A stretch of 64,000 bases of DNA, taken from NCBI GenBank assembly GCA_907165135.1, contig OU015567.1, positions 124,001 through 188,000 of the forward strand, read 5' to 3'. Shown piece by piece: positions 51,653-63,516 of the stretch. Every line of letters begins with the position of its first letter. Positions within the stretch are counted from its first letter, which is position 1. Below the pieces are notes generated by a model that was not told where the DNA came from, searched no databases, and was given only the letters and a program-made list of their open reading frames with translations. Position numbers and translations under genes: made by a program. The stretch is from Oikopleura dioica. Taxonomy: Eukaryota; Animalia; Chordata.

Positions 51653-51777
51653 TGAATTTCAAGTAGCGCTTTTTTGACGCTCCTGCTTTGATCATTTGAA
51701 TTTGACATTTTGAATTGAATTTACTGATTATCTTCGGAACGCTTCGGAAAATATTGATTAATTTTTGAAGTAATTTT

Positions 51778-53385
51778 TTATTTTGCAACGAACTCAATTT
51801 CAGCAAAATAGATTCCAGTGCCGAGCGGCGAGACCTGTCCTTCAAACCACGACCAATCTTGGGATTAATAAGTTTAAAAATTACACCCTTAAAATTGAAC
51901 CTTCACAGCGTCTTAACGGACTGGTATAATTAGCCACCAAATATCTCTTCCCTGAAATCCTGACTATCGACGGAAAAGCAGTGTCCCCGCATCCCGGAAG
52001 GTCCAGAAGTTTCTCAAATGAGCCCTCCGTTTTGTCCATTTTCCAAAGTGCGGTTCCGTGCGGTCGAGTTGAATACGCCCCGAGATCGATCAAATGGTGG
52101 AGGTTCTCGGGAAGGGAGGAATTGCGCTCGTTGAAGAATGTTCCCGTTGGATCTGTTCGCGCGATGAGAAACAGCTCTAGAATCAGTTTAATTTTCAAGA
52201 TTCCTCAAAAATGGACCGTTTGCGTGGCGAAACATTCTGACTGACTCGTAAATGTACGGGTCGGAGCGTTCCTTCAAGGAACTTCCTTGAACCAGTTCCA
52301 TTTGCCAAGCGAGTTTTTCTCCGCCCAGAATGTTCTACTCCCCCAGCCTGTACTATCTCCGTCTTCATTTCTACCAACGCCGAAGAGATTTCCTTCTTTT
52401 TCTGGGTATTCGATTTTTGAAAGAGTAAAATTCAAGTTTTTATAACCAAATGCCCAGATCAAAAGCAAAGCCGACCTCAGAAATGCCCCCAGAGTACGAA
52501 ATAATATTCTGTTCATCTGCAGGCTCCCAACTAATTCCGTCAGCTGATTTGTTGAAATGAAGAACAATGCTTCCCAGATTAGCCGTGTAGTGCTCGCCGA
52601 AATAGCTCGAAACAAAGTGCGTCCCGTTTTCTTCTGAAAATTGCCACATCACTTCTCCGGGCTCGACGATCGCTTCCGGCTCGCTCCAGCTGTTTCCTTC
52701 TCTTTGCATTCGGTAGACATTGTCTGGCGAAAACTCGATCGGATTCGTCCCCGCTTTGAAAAAGAAAAAGAAGAGAACTTCCTCTGCAACGATGAAATAA
52801 GGCTCTCGCATGTCGAAGCCGATTTGCAGAACGGTTTCTATCTCCCAGGCAAAAGTCAAACCGTTCCCCGGATAAGGAGCAGAGGCTTACTCAAATGCTT
52901 TTAAACCAAAAGAAATCTATCCAAACCTATGATCATTTCTGTTTCATTCGACGCAAAATGGCTCTTCGAAGACCTTGAATTTTTTCGACATTTTGCAGAA
53001 AAAATAATTGAAAATGAAACGCGGCGAAAATTTTCCTGAATCCAATAAAAATTCGATCATCGTGGATGATAATTCCGACATTGTTGTTTGCTTGCTGCGA
53101 TCAGTTAGACAGTTTCTAACATCGAATATTTTTTAATTGTCTGAACCGTGGCTGGACAGGATAAGGAAACTCTGCGCCAAAACTGACTTGGAACTGATAC
53201 TGATTCAAAACTGGGCCAAATTCTTCTCCTGATTGCGTCAGATCATGGTCTTTCAAGAATTGTTTATTTTGAACAAGCTCAATTTTCTTATTAAATTCAG
53301 AAATAACATTTATAATTCAACCCTTGTCAATGTCCCACCAGCTGGCCGAAAAGCAAAAATGAATAAATAACAGTAAAAACCGCAT
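51778..53385 (-). CDS. Secreted sialidase/BNR-propeller-like uncharacterised protein
   Basis: Signal MRFLLLFIHFCFSA. Motifs ANNNVGII..DRIFIGFRSSKSHFAS, DMREP, Asp-box-like SADGISW, GRNEDGD, LPGCGDTAFPSI, NYTSP and WSWFEGQ. GA-AG intron at 52974-53035. Confidence 0.75.
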
Positions 53386-54770
53386 TTCTCTTGACCTCAA
53401 TTTTATCACATTTTAATAACATGCATCTCAGAGGCCGCATCTGGAAATTTTCTCTTGAAAAATGCAAATAAAGAAATTATCATTTTCGAACAATTTTTTT
53501 TTTATTAAAAATAATATATGAGTTCTTCGAGTCTCCTGGTTTGTTTTTTTTTCATATTCTGAAGCAAAAACAAAGTGCTGATGCAATTAAAACAAGCCCC
53601 TTAGCTACTGTAGCAGCTCTTTTGTTTGTCAGTCGGAAGCTGCCCGTTTGAAAATTTCTTGTTTAATCAAAATGCGATAACGCGTTATGTCTTTGACGTT
53701 TCGCTCAGAAGCATTGTCGAAAATTGTTTGTAGAGAATTAACTTTCCAGCTGCGGTATTTGGACATGCGAGTGAACCAAAGACACACAGAAGGAAGCAGA
53801 AAAACTGGGGCAATTCAAATTTAAGCACCAAAGAGACCAAAGAGTCGCCATTCCTCATTTCAAAATTCTGAATTTGGTTTTTCTTTGTTTTGCAGAACCA
53901 AAAGTCGGAATAATTCAGATTAGAGTTCCTTTTATTGTTCTTCTGTTTGAACGCGCAGAGAAAAAGAAGAGAGAGTCGACCCAAGCAGTCTACAAGTGAT
54001 AAAAGTACAGAGCCATCAAGCCCAAAACAGCGGAAGAGAATGAAAGAGTGCGTGCCCACAACAAGCGCCAATTCAATGGCCGGGAAGCTGAGCAAAAGGT
54101 AGACCTTCCGTGAAAACGAGAAGAATTATCATGTCAGAGCAGAAGGAGAGATCAGTTCACTCGGAGCTCCGCAAATTCTCGAATTTTAGAAAATAATTTG
54201 GATTTCAAAAATACGATTTAGTTCTTAGTGTTTAGACTAAACAGTTAAGTGTTTCTAGCTGTCTGACTAATTTACTCAGACATTGACTGAAACGGAAATG
54301 CATTGAGATGAGTTTGTGTAGCTCCTGAGTTATTTTGTTGTTAGGAGGGAAACTGCGCCGATAATCTCCTACTCGAACCCGCAAAGATCCAGTTCCAGGG
54401 TCAAACGTGAGAGCTCGTACAACAGGCGACTCACAATCGCCGAAAACTCAGGTTAGTTTTGATCTTCAACGCTGATGGTATCAATTCTTTTATTTTTGAT
54501 CGTTTTTTTTTTGTTTATCATCGAAGTCTATCTTTACCGAAAACCCGAAATTCATAAGTCTTCAGCTTTTTATTTTCTATAAGCCTTATAGTATAAGGTC
54601 TTTTTGTAAAAAATAGTTTGGAATTTTTATCTTAATTTCCGAAAAATCAATTTTCAATTGTTGACAAGTAGATTATTGACTGTTGACATTGATAGCGATA
54701 GAAATATTTATCGTCTGCGCTCGGGACGGATGCTTCTCCGGAAAGAACAATTCGTTCTTAAATTTGGAGA

Positions 54771-55984
54771 GATGGATTCGGAGAGTGTCTCGAGCACAAA
54801 ATCAACTTCGTTTTCAGGAAGATCTCTGCTTTCGAGAAGGACGATGTCCTCCGCCGCGAGTTCTGCTGATCCGAGGTTGAGAAAGACGCCAATTGCTCCG
54901 CAGGTACAGAACTTTTCGCTTCTTTGCTTATTTTTTATTGCTGTTTCTTGACAGATATCTAAAATATTAACTTATTTTTATATAAGTTATTATTTTAATT
55001 TACTTTTATCAATTATTAATAATAATTAAATAATTAAGGACTCCCCCATCAACCCATTTCCTCAAAAAGTCTAAAATTCAAATACAGCCATATTTTGGCG
55101 AAATATGGACTTTTTTGTCAATTTTCGTCGAAAAGGCCAATTTTCAAACGCGATTTTAAGGGTGAAGGAGTCGAGATAGCCCCGAAAAAATGAGGCCTCA
55201 AAATCGATTTTTGACCTCTAGAATCCATTTCCGGGGTCAAAATTATGAAGGGCCCACTTTTAATTTTTCGAAAATTGATGACGGGGGGGGGGTCCTTAAA
55301 TACTATATAAAGATAATTTATTATAAATAAATAAATAGTTATTTGATTTGTAATTAGACATATAAATTATAAAAAAGAAGAAAAAATAATTGTGGAATCT
55401 TTCTCATAAAGCCTCATCTTTTTATCATCTTTCTAATTAAGCCAATTGCGGAATTTGTCACGATTCATTTCGGAACAAAATCGGTTCTCGTAAATGCGAA
55501 TTGCACGATTTTCTACGTTTTCCGCTATATTCTTCATCTTTACGAAGGTAATTAACCTATCGCGCTGAATAGAATCACCGAAGCCATTGTAGGTCAAGAC
55601 AAGGAAAAGTTGGAGAATATTCCTGAATCGCTGGTTGCCCAGAAACGGCTAGCGCAGTGCACGAGTTCGTATGATCTCACTGACAAGAACGGAAATTGTC
55701 TCGACATCGCGGAGAAGCCAAACACAGCCAGGGCCAAAGACTTTCTCAAAGGAAGACAGTGAGTCATTCAAACTTTTCTCCAAGGGAAAATGTTGTTCAG
55801 GGATTACAACTTGTCGAAAATATTCCGAAACGGGAAAAAGAAGATTTTGTACAGTCACATTTTGGTCCCCGAATCACTCAATGCGGCGAGGTCGGGCAGC
55901 GTTTTGAACAGAAGACCGAAATCTAAAGATGTGCGGAGTAATTCGAGAAGATCGATGCATTCTTTGAACTCGAAAGGCGAATAA
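54771..55984 (+). CDS. CXorf65/C22orf15-like small protein; start uncertain
   Basis: Spliced product ...PIAEFVTIHFGTKSVLVNANCTIFYVFRYI...YDLTDKNG...AKDFLKGRQDYNLSKIFR resembles, from memory, the CXorf65 pattern FI.IKHG...LVNTNC...YI...IDL...G...A..YL..R..Y. Confidence 0.6.
55038..55295. mobile_element. MITE family B, internally deleted, intronic
   Basis: ttaa-ggactcccccatcaa ... ttgatgacgggg..gtcc-ttaa. Confidence 0.8.
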
Positions 55985-56096
55985 AATCAAATTTTACGTG
56001 TTTTTCAGACAAAGCCCCTTCACAGTTTCACGATCGTGGATTTTTGATAACAATCAATTTTATTGCTCTTTTTCGAATAAGAAATATTGATGAGGA

Positions 56097-56413
56097 TTAC
56101 TCTTCTGAGTAGAGCGGGAAGCTTCGCTGGTAAAACTTGTTCATCATTGACCGCTGAAAATATTTATCAATGATTATTTTTTCAACAAAACAAACCTTGA
56201 AGAGCTCTTGTTGGTCGTTATTTTTGTAAAACTTGCTCATCATGTTACGCTTCTCGCGCAAGTTCTCAAAATTCTAAATGAAATAAGCTCTGATAAGAGT
56301 TTCGCGTCCTGAGAAGAAAAGCTGAGTCAGGGTCCTGAGTCAGGCGGAGCAAGCATTCTGCCTCTTACCTCGAAAGCTGACGCTGCTCCAATGATCAAAC
56401 AAATGAAATTCAT
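56097..56413 (-). CDS. Putative neuropeptide or peptide-hormone precursor, 59 aa, 3 exons (56369-56413, 56196-56273, 56097-56153)
   Basis: In-phase GT-AG exons give MNFICLIIGAASAFENFENLREKRNMMSKFYKNNDQQELFKRSMMNKFYQRSFPLYSEE*: a signal peptide, two KR sites and a repeated xMMxKFY motif. Confidence 0.75.
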
Positions 56414-57659
56414 TTTTTTGACTCGAAAAGTGATTTTTTTCTCGACTCGATAATGTGATTAAAAACAGGGGCTATTTAAACGCGGATTTTGTGAATTATT
56501 GATAGCGCAAAGGTCGGCGATGCTGGCGAATTTGCGGTCTCTTGATGCTGCATTATCGCGTCTATGAAAATGCGCGAGGTTTTGGATTGGCATTATTCAG
56601 ATGACTGCAGTCCAGTCACGGGACTTCTGTGCTTCGGAATGGACCATCAAACACTTAAAATTGAGGGCGAAAAGTAATGATTAATAAATGCTAAGGAGGA
56701 AGAGGCTCACTTCGAAGAACATTCCTTTCTTCATTTTTATTGAATGAATTCTTGAAATTTCGTAGATCGACAAAATTTTCTTCATCATCGAGAATTTTAT
56801 TTCTCAATTTTCTCCACGTCGGCCCCTCAATTCAACCCTTTTCTATCAGAAAATAGTCAAATCAAAATTTTTCGCAATGAATTCAGTTACTGCTTGTTAA
56901 AAGAAGTCTAAAAATCGACCATCTCCCCCTTACAAGAAAAAGCGAAGACTGCCATGACTTCTATCGATTCATGTCAGAAATGCCATTTTCGATGAAATAT
57001 GTTGATGGTTATTGAAGATGACACTTAATATGGACATATTAGGTCTGTTAATATTTAAAATCGCTAACGAAAGATGTTAAAAATTTTAACTTTAAATAAA
57101 TAAAGGAAAAAATATTTGTTTTAATGGTCAACTAACGAAGAATAAGCAAATGCAAGGTTTTTTGTAGACAGATGACTCTTTTTTGGCATGGATTGATTCG
57201 GGTGTTTGTGCATACTGTATACTGTATACAGTCTACATCAGCATACAGCATATCAGTGAAAAATTAGCTGATTATTTTTTGAAAAACAAAAGAGTAAAGA
57301 AAACTTATTTAACTTTTTATACAATGAGGATGATCTTAAGCTCAGCAATTTTGAGGAGAGGGTCAGCAGCTGACCGTCAGCTTAGCCCGAAATTTTTTTG
57401 AAGTGAGCCAGCTCAGCTCACTGACGTAAACTTTTAGACGCGCTTTTTTGTCAAAGATCCGAGATCGACGAGAATCAGAATTTTTAAAACAAAGTTCCCG
57501 AAAAACCCGATTCCCTAAGTATGTTTTAACTTATCAGGTGAGAATAGAAGGGTATTAAGAAGATATCCCTGTGTCACACCCTCTGTCTCATTTCAGTAAA
57601 AAAGATGAATATGTGTTTATTTCCGAAAATAATCTTTTTCAAAGTAATTTCTTCAGTTT

Positions 57660-58296
57660 CTATGCGAGCTTCAAAATTGCGGGCAGCTCCATGCACTGCT
57701 CAGTTATGAACTCATATTCTTCCGGCGTTGGTTCTCTGTTCATCTTGCTCAGCGCCACTGAAAATTTTAAATAAGAAAATGATGAGTCTTCCTTGTTTTA
57801 AAGGCATTTATTCCTGTCGTCAGGATAAAATTAGGATCATATGGTCTGGGCTCTTTTTTATTAGCTTGGAGAAACCATACTCGCTTCTGATTGGTTGAAT
57901 AGACAACCCATACTCCTACCCTGCCAAACCTTTATGATAAAGGCCATATCTGGGCTGATCTAAGCTTGGCGAACGAATCTATGTCCAAATCCTGAGCCAG
58001 GCCTAGAAAGAGCTCGAACGATGATCTGCGTCGCGTCTTATATTCAAACAAAGCGGCTTTGCCAAGAAAGAAAAAAAATACGATGGATATTTTACAATGC
58101 AACTTTGCGACTTTCTTTTCGAAAAAGCGTCCTTGGAAATTATGGACTTACTCTGCTCGCATCTGTAGTAATACTTGTTGGCCAGCTCTACTTTCGACCC
58201 GAAATCCAATTTGCTCCATCGCCGAAGAGAATGGTCTGTTATCAAAGCACTTTTCGAAAATGAAAAAAGAGTGAAAAATAAAGCGACGACTTTCAT
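57660..58296 (-). CDS. Small secreted protein (about 100 aa), function unknown
   Basis: Signal MKVVALFFTLFSFSKS. Exon 1 ends YYYRCEQ|gtaagt and the last exon reads ...EQCMELPAILKLA*. Middle exon borders are uncertain. Confidence 0.5.
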
Positions 58297-58519
58297 ACTC
58301 TTCGCTTTGAATTGATACTTGAGAAATAAAAAAGAAGCGACTTTTATTGCAAATTCTTCGTTGAATTATGAATTTGAGGTAAAGAGCCGATGGAAATGGA
58401 AGAAAAACAAATTTGTTGTAGCGATATTCATTTTTGATGAAAATTTGTTTTCCAGGATGTTTCTTTTCGACCTTGAACAAGAAACAGCGATAAAAGTTCA
58501 GTTTAGTGCAGAAACTTAA

Positions 58520-58830
58520 GGAGGGGGTCGACGAGAATCGGGATTTCCGTGACCAAAAATGCGGGAAAACCTGATCAGATAGACAAAATCTGAATTTCCT
58601 GGCAAATAAAAAGGGTTGAAAAATTACCCGGCGAGAAGTAGAAAAAATTTTGGCCAAAAAAATTGGTCAAAAATCCAGTGAAAGTAGGACCATTTTCGCG
58701 AAAATGCACCAAAAATAATCATTTTCTACATTGATTTTAGGCTCAACAGATTCGTGAGGATCTGAAGACTCCAAAAATATAAGATTCATGCACAGACCAT
58801 GTGTATACGGGAAATTACGATCACCCCTGA
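58520..58830. mobile_element. MITE family D copy, one end eroded
   Basis: ttaa-ggagggggtcgacgagaatcgggattt..., reverse-complement similar to 10363-10717. Confidence 0.65.
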
Positions 58831-59403
58831 AAAAATTTTTCAGAGGTCATTGAACTGACCTTTTTAAGGTAGTTGAGCTGAGCGGACCCAAATAAGAGCT
58901 TACCTGAGCTGGTTGAGCTGAGCTGAGTCGAGATATTAGGCAGAACAGATCATGTTCGAAAATAATTGACCTGAGCTGAGTGAAAATGGTTTAAGCAAAT
59001 TTAAGAAAATAAGATCATTTTCAAAAATCACTGAGCAGCTGCTCAGCTCAGCAAATTTGTAACTTTGCTTCAAATATCTAAAAATACTGATCATCTTTTG
59101 TCTTGTTTTGTTATCAAACCCCATTATGAATAGCCCATTAATGATTCTCTTGTTGCCGAGAGAAAGTGAAAAAGCGCCGTTTTGGATCGTAAAAATAAAC
59201 CATAAATGCGTCATCCCGTCCAGCTCCACTCCTGCCCGACTCTTGAAAAGAGAAAGAACCTTCCCCGCGGGCGTGCTGCATCAATTCAGACCGCTCTGGC
59301 TGAGAAAATTTCGAATTGATAAAAAAGACTGTGCACTGTTTCTTTCCTGTTCCCGTCAATGATTTAGAAGTTTGGTTTTTTTTTGAAGAAGAGAAATTGC
59401 GAA

Positions 59404-62400
59404 ATGAAGCTTGGTTGGTTTCTGTTGGCTTCTTTTTTGCCGGAAAATAATGGACAAGAAGCGGCGCCAGATTTAGCCAAATTGGCGGCGAGTTTTTCGC
59501 CGGAACAGTTGGCAGCTCTTCAAAGGAAACGGGTTGAAGGAATTTTTTCTGAGTTTTTTTTATTTATTTATGAATTATTTTTTTATTACAGTGAAAACCC
59601 AAAAAAAGGCCGGATTTCGGATTTTAATTCCCGAAAAAAGCGGCCAAATTTTGGTTTTTTTGTCGGATAGCCAAGTTTCCCCTTCAAAAAGCAAAGTTTC
59701 AAAATTTTCGAAAATCGTAATGATTTTCACATTTTTGATGAATTTCATTCAAATTTTTGCTTGTTTGAAGACATTTTTATTTAAATTTAATCATTTTAAA
59801 TGATTTAAACACTTTAAAAAAGCTAAAAATGATCAGAAATTGCATCATTTGGGCCCCATTCTGATGAAAAATTTTATATTTCTGAAAAAGCGGCCAAATT
59901 TTGGGTTGATATCAGGTTCCCAAAAAGGCGGATTAAGAAAAAAAGCGGCCAAATTCCGGGTGGGCAAATTTTGGGTTTTCACTGTTTAAAATTTATAAGC
60001 TGTAAGGAAATTTCACAATAAAGTGTTGATAAGATTAAAAAAATATAATCGGTCTGATTACCAGACTCTGGTTCGGAAACCTCTGTAGAAACCTGAGTCA
60101 AAGTCCTGAGAAAGCTCTTCTTTGATTGAAATTTTCAGAATTCTCACTCAGGTTCTTACTGAGAAAATGAATAACGGATCTTGATTTTATTTTAATTTTG
60201 CCTTGAATATTCAAAATTTCTTTTAACCCCGAAAAGTGTCCTTGGCGCAAACAAAATAGCCTCTCCAACTGGTCTTGAAAACCCGGTTGCTCCAGCTGCC
60301 ACCTCCTCGGTCGCCCAGCCCGCTGCCCCAGCAGTTCCGGCAATTCCGACTCAGCAGCCAACGACAAAACCGACAAATGCCACGACTCTCGCTACTGAAG
60401 CCCCCGCTGCTCCTGCTCGGGGCTCGGCAACCTGTGTAAAAAACCTGAGTCAGGGTCTTAAGGAGGTGTGGGGCAAATTTCGGCAAATTGACCATTTTCA
60501 AACAGCCCTCAGGCTCAGATGGGTAATAAAATTTTTAAAAACTCTTCTTCTATTTATAGATTGGACCCTAAACTAGAGTTGAAATTTTTTTCAGAAAAAA
60601 TGATTAAGGGATTCTGGCCATAATGACCTCGACTCCATGTCATGTCCGTGAAAATCGTCATTTTGCGTCATTTTCGAACGCGATTTTTTTAATGAAAATA
60701 TTTTAATTTTTTAAAACTTAGATGCTGAAAAGGAAGTTCAAACGCTGTTCTCGGGTTGAATTGAAGGAATTTAATTTTTCGCAAAAATTGCTTATTTAAA
60801 AACTTCAATCGAAAATTGGGTTTCAAATTGTCAAAAAAATGAAATTTAAAATTGCACTAACTCGTAATACAGTTAGATAAGTGAGTCACTGCAACGAATA
60901 AAAATACTCAGCGACTCGTAAGCTTTCTAAAAATATTAAAATAATTGCATTTAAAAGACTTTAAAAAATCTAATTTCACGAATTTTCATAGAAATGCCAA
61001 TTTTCAATCCCGTTTTTCACCAACTTTTGTTGACATTGAGAAAAAAAGCTAGAGACCTTTTTTGATGCTCTTGATGTGGGCTTTCTAAAAATGGAAAGAA
61101 AATTTTAAAATTCGAATTTTCGCGAAGTCGCCCCACACCTCCTTAAAGAGCTGTGTCGCCAAAACAACTTATTCATTCATTTATTCTAAAGTTTTTTTCT
61201 CAGAAACCTGACTGAGGTTTCTACTCAGGCTCAGAATTTAAAAAAATGAATCGGTAGTTCATGCGGAGCCGTTTTTTCAGACCCTGTCTCAGGTTTTCTT
61301 CACAGGTTGCCGAGCTCAGCTCTAGCTGTTGAGACAAGATTGGAAGGAGCTTCGGTCGATCTTGAGCAAGAAACGGGAAGAATCGAGGATAGCCCAGAAG
61401 AACTTATTCGTAAGAAAATTTTTGATTACAAGATTTATGAAAATACTTTCAAGCCGACGGACCAAGTGAAGATGTTAACCCCGCCGAAGATCAGCCGCTC
61501 TCGAATTTCGATCCTCTAGCCCCAATTTCTGCTGAGAATCCCGCTCCACAAACGGCTCTCCCTCCTCAAGACTCGCCCCTTCCTGCTGAAACTCCAGTAG
61601 AATTACCTGCAGAAGAATCAGTTGCGGAAGAAACGGTTTCAACTGACTCAACCCCAGCGCCGCTGACTAAAGAAAACACGGATCTTCTCTCACTTCTTCA
61701 AGGAAAATCGCCAGAACAAATCGCCCAGCTTTTAGCTTTGGCTCAGGGACCGGGCTCAACAACTCGTGTAGAAGACCTGAGTCAGGGTCCAAAAGATCTT
61801 AAAATTAAATTCAATATCATTGAGACCCTGACTCAGGGTTTCTGCACAAGTCGCCGAGCCCTGCTCAGGGAAACGCTCCTGCTGAGGATCCTCAACCAGA
61901 AGAAACTGTGGTGGAAGAACCGATTGCTACTGAAACTATGGAAGCAACTGAAGAAGAGAAAACTCCTGCTCCTGTTGCTCTTCCAGAAGAAGAGCCAATC
62001 GAAGCAGAAGTAGAAAACACTGCAGCGGAAAATCAATCGACTGGTTTTGGAATTCAAATAGCTCAGCCGGATGAAGCGACTTTGGATAACGAAGAAACAG
62101 AAGCACTTGAAGAAGAAAAAGAAGCACAAGGTGAAGAAAGAGAAGAGCCTGTTCCAGAGGTTACTCCTGATTTGTTTCCAGAAGGAGAGGCGGGTGAAGA
62201 TAATGGGGAAGAAGTTTTGAATTTTGAAGGTAAGGAGAAAAGATTGTTATCTATTACGACTTTTATTGCTCGTTCAGGCGATACACCAATAGAAACTGAA
62301 GAACTCGGAGAAAACCCCCGCATTCAACTCCCTGCCGAATCTCAAAATGATAAAGCTGAAGAAGAAGAACCGCAAATAACCGAACCAGAGCTTGAAATCC

Positions 62401-63516
62401 CCGCAGAGACCACTCAAGGTACTCTCTGCTCCCCTGAGCTCAGCAACCCCATTTCTAGATCTCGAAGACGAAGAAGACGTCCTAGACAACGAGTACGAAG
62501 AAGAAGCCGGAGAGGAAAATGACGCAGATGCTTACGATGAATACGAAGAATACGACAAATACGGCGAAAGCTACGATGAAGAATACGACGGAGAGTACGA
62601 CGAAAGCGAGTATGACGAAAGTGAAAGGTAAAAAAAAATATTCGATTTGGAAAATGTTAAATTTAAGCAGCGATTTCTGGAAATTCAACGACAACGACAA
62701 CGACGACTTGAGCGACAATTTGATCCAAGAAGAAGCCCGAAACGGCGATCTCTTCTCCGATCACGACGAAGAAATGGCGGAAGACAAGGCGAAATACAAT
62801 TTTGCGTTTTTCATGATTTTGTTCGTCTTCGGCACGACAGGGGCCTATTACGTGTTCACCACTGCGAAGAACAAGTTCTTTCCGCAGAGCAACGTAAGTC
62901 AATACCTCAAAAGCAAGAGATGGCGATATTGGGACAGAAGTCAGGTCCGTTTCCGTCTCGCAAGGGTGCAATTATTATTATTGGTGTTTTTCAAAAATTA
63001 TATTTCTTATTTTTCTTTTTAGAAACTATTCAAAAGGGTAAGAAAAAATGGCACAATCACTAGAATCATTTCTGTCAGAGTCCCTTCTAGATGAATTAGA
63101 TTCACTCATACCTTTACAGTCGTTACGCACAATTCCGTAACGCACAAACCGGAAAATGTATTCGTTAACCTGTGTAAAAAAACTGTGTAGAGAGAGCTTT
63201 TTGTAGCACGGCTTTGCAAAGATTCGACAATTTCTAAAAATAAAAATTCTTGCTTGGCGGCTTTGATATTCTAAATCCACTACGCGGCTCTTTCGAAACC
63301 TGAGTCAGGTTTTCTACGCAGCTTTCATTAGTTAGTTTAGAGCAAGAATCAACTTTGAAATCGCTTAGTTTTAACCTCAACCATTTTCAATAAAACCCTC
63401 ATCAATTTTGTTTCTAGCACGAGCAATCCTACAAGCTCCTCCCGAAAACCGACACGGACGTGAAACAATCGGCGTCTTCTGAAGACAAAGACGAGTGGAA
63501 CAACGACGACTGGTAA
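59404..63516 (+). CDS. Type I membrane protein with long acidic Pro/Glu-rich ectodomain and YxxL-containing tail (TGN38-like architecture)
   Basis: Signal MKLGWFLLASFL, low-complexity P/A/E exons, TM FAFFMILFVFGTTGAYYVF and tail ...SYKLLPK...DEWNNDDW*. Confidence 0.75.
59589..59984. mobile_element. Tc1/mariner-type MITE, intronic
   Basis: ta-cagtgaaaacccaaaa ... ttttgggttttcactg, with internal aaaaagcggccaaatt repeats. Confidence 0.75.
60418..61319. mobile_element. hAT-type MITE spanning essentially a whole intron, with a nested family C element
   Basis: TIRs cggggctcggcaacctgtg..aaacctgagtcagggtc / gaccctgtctcaggtttt..cacaggttgccgagctcag. Flanks ctcctgct / ctctagct match at 6/8. Confidence 0.75.
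60462..61142. mobile_element. MITE family C (681 bp; Kolobok-like), nested insertion
   Basis: ttaa-ggaggtgtggggc ... gccccacacctcc-ttaa, with perfect 13-bp termini. Confidence 0.9.
61750..61863. mobile_element. 114-bp hAT-type MITE forming an intron (introner-like)
   Basis: About 40-bp TIRs and a perfect 8-bp TSD ctcaggga at 61742-61749 and 61864-61871, sitting between two coding segments. Confidence 0.88.
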
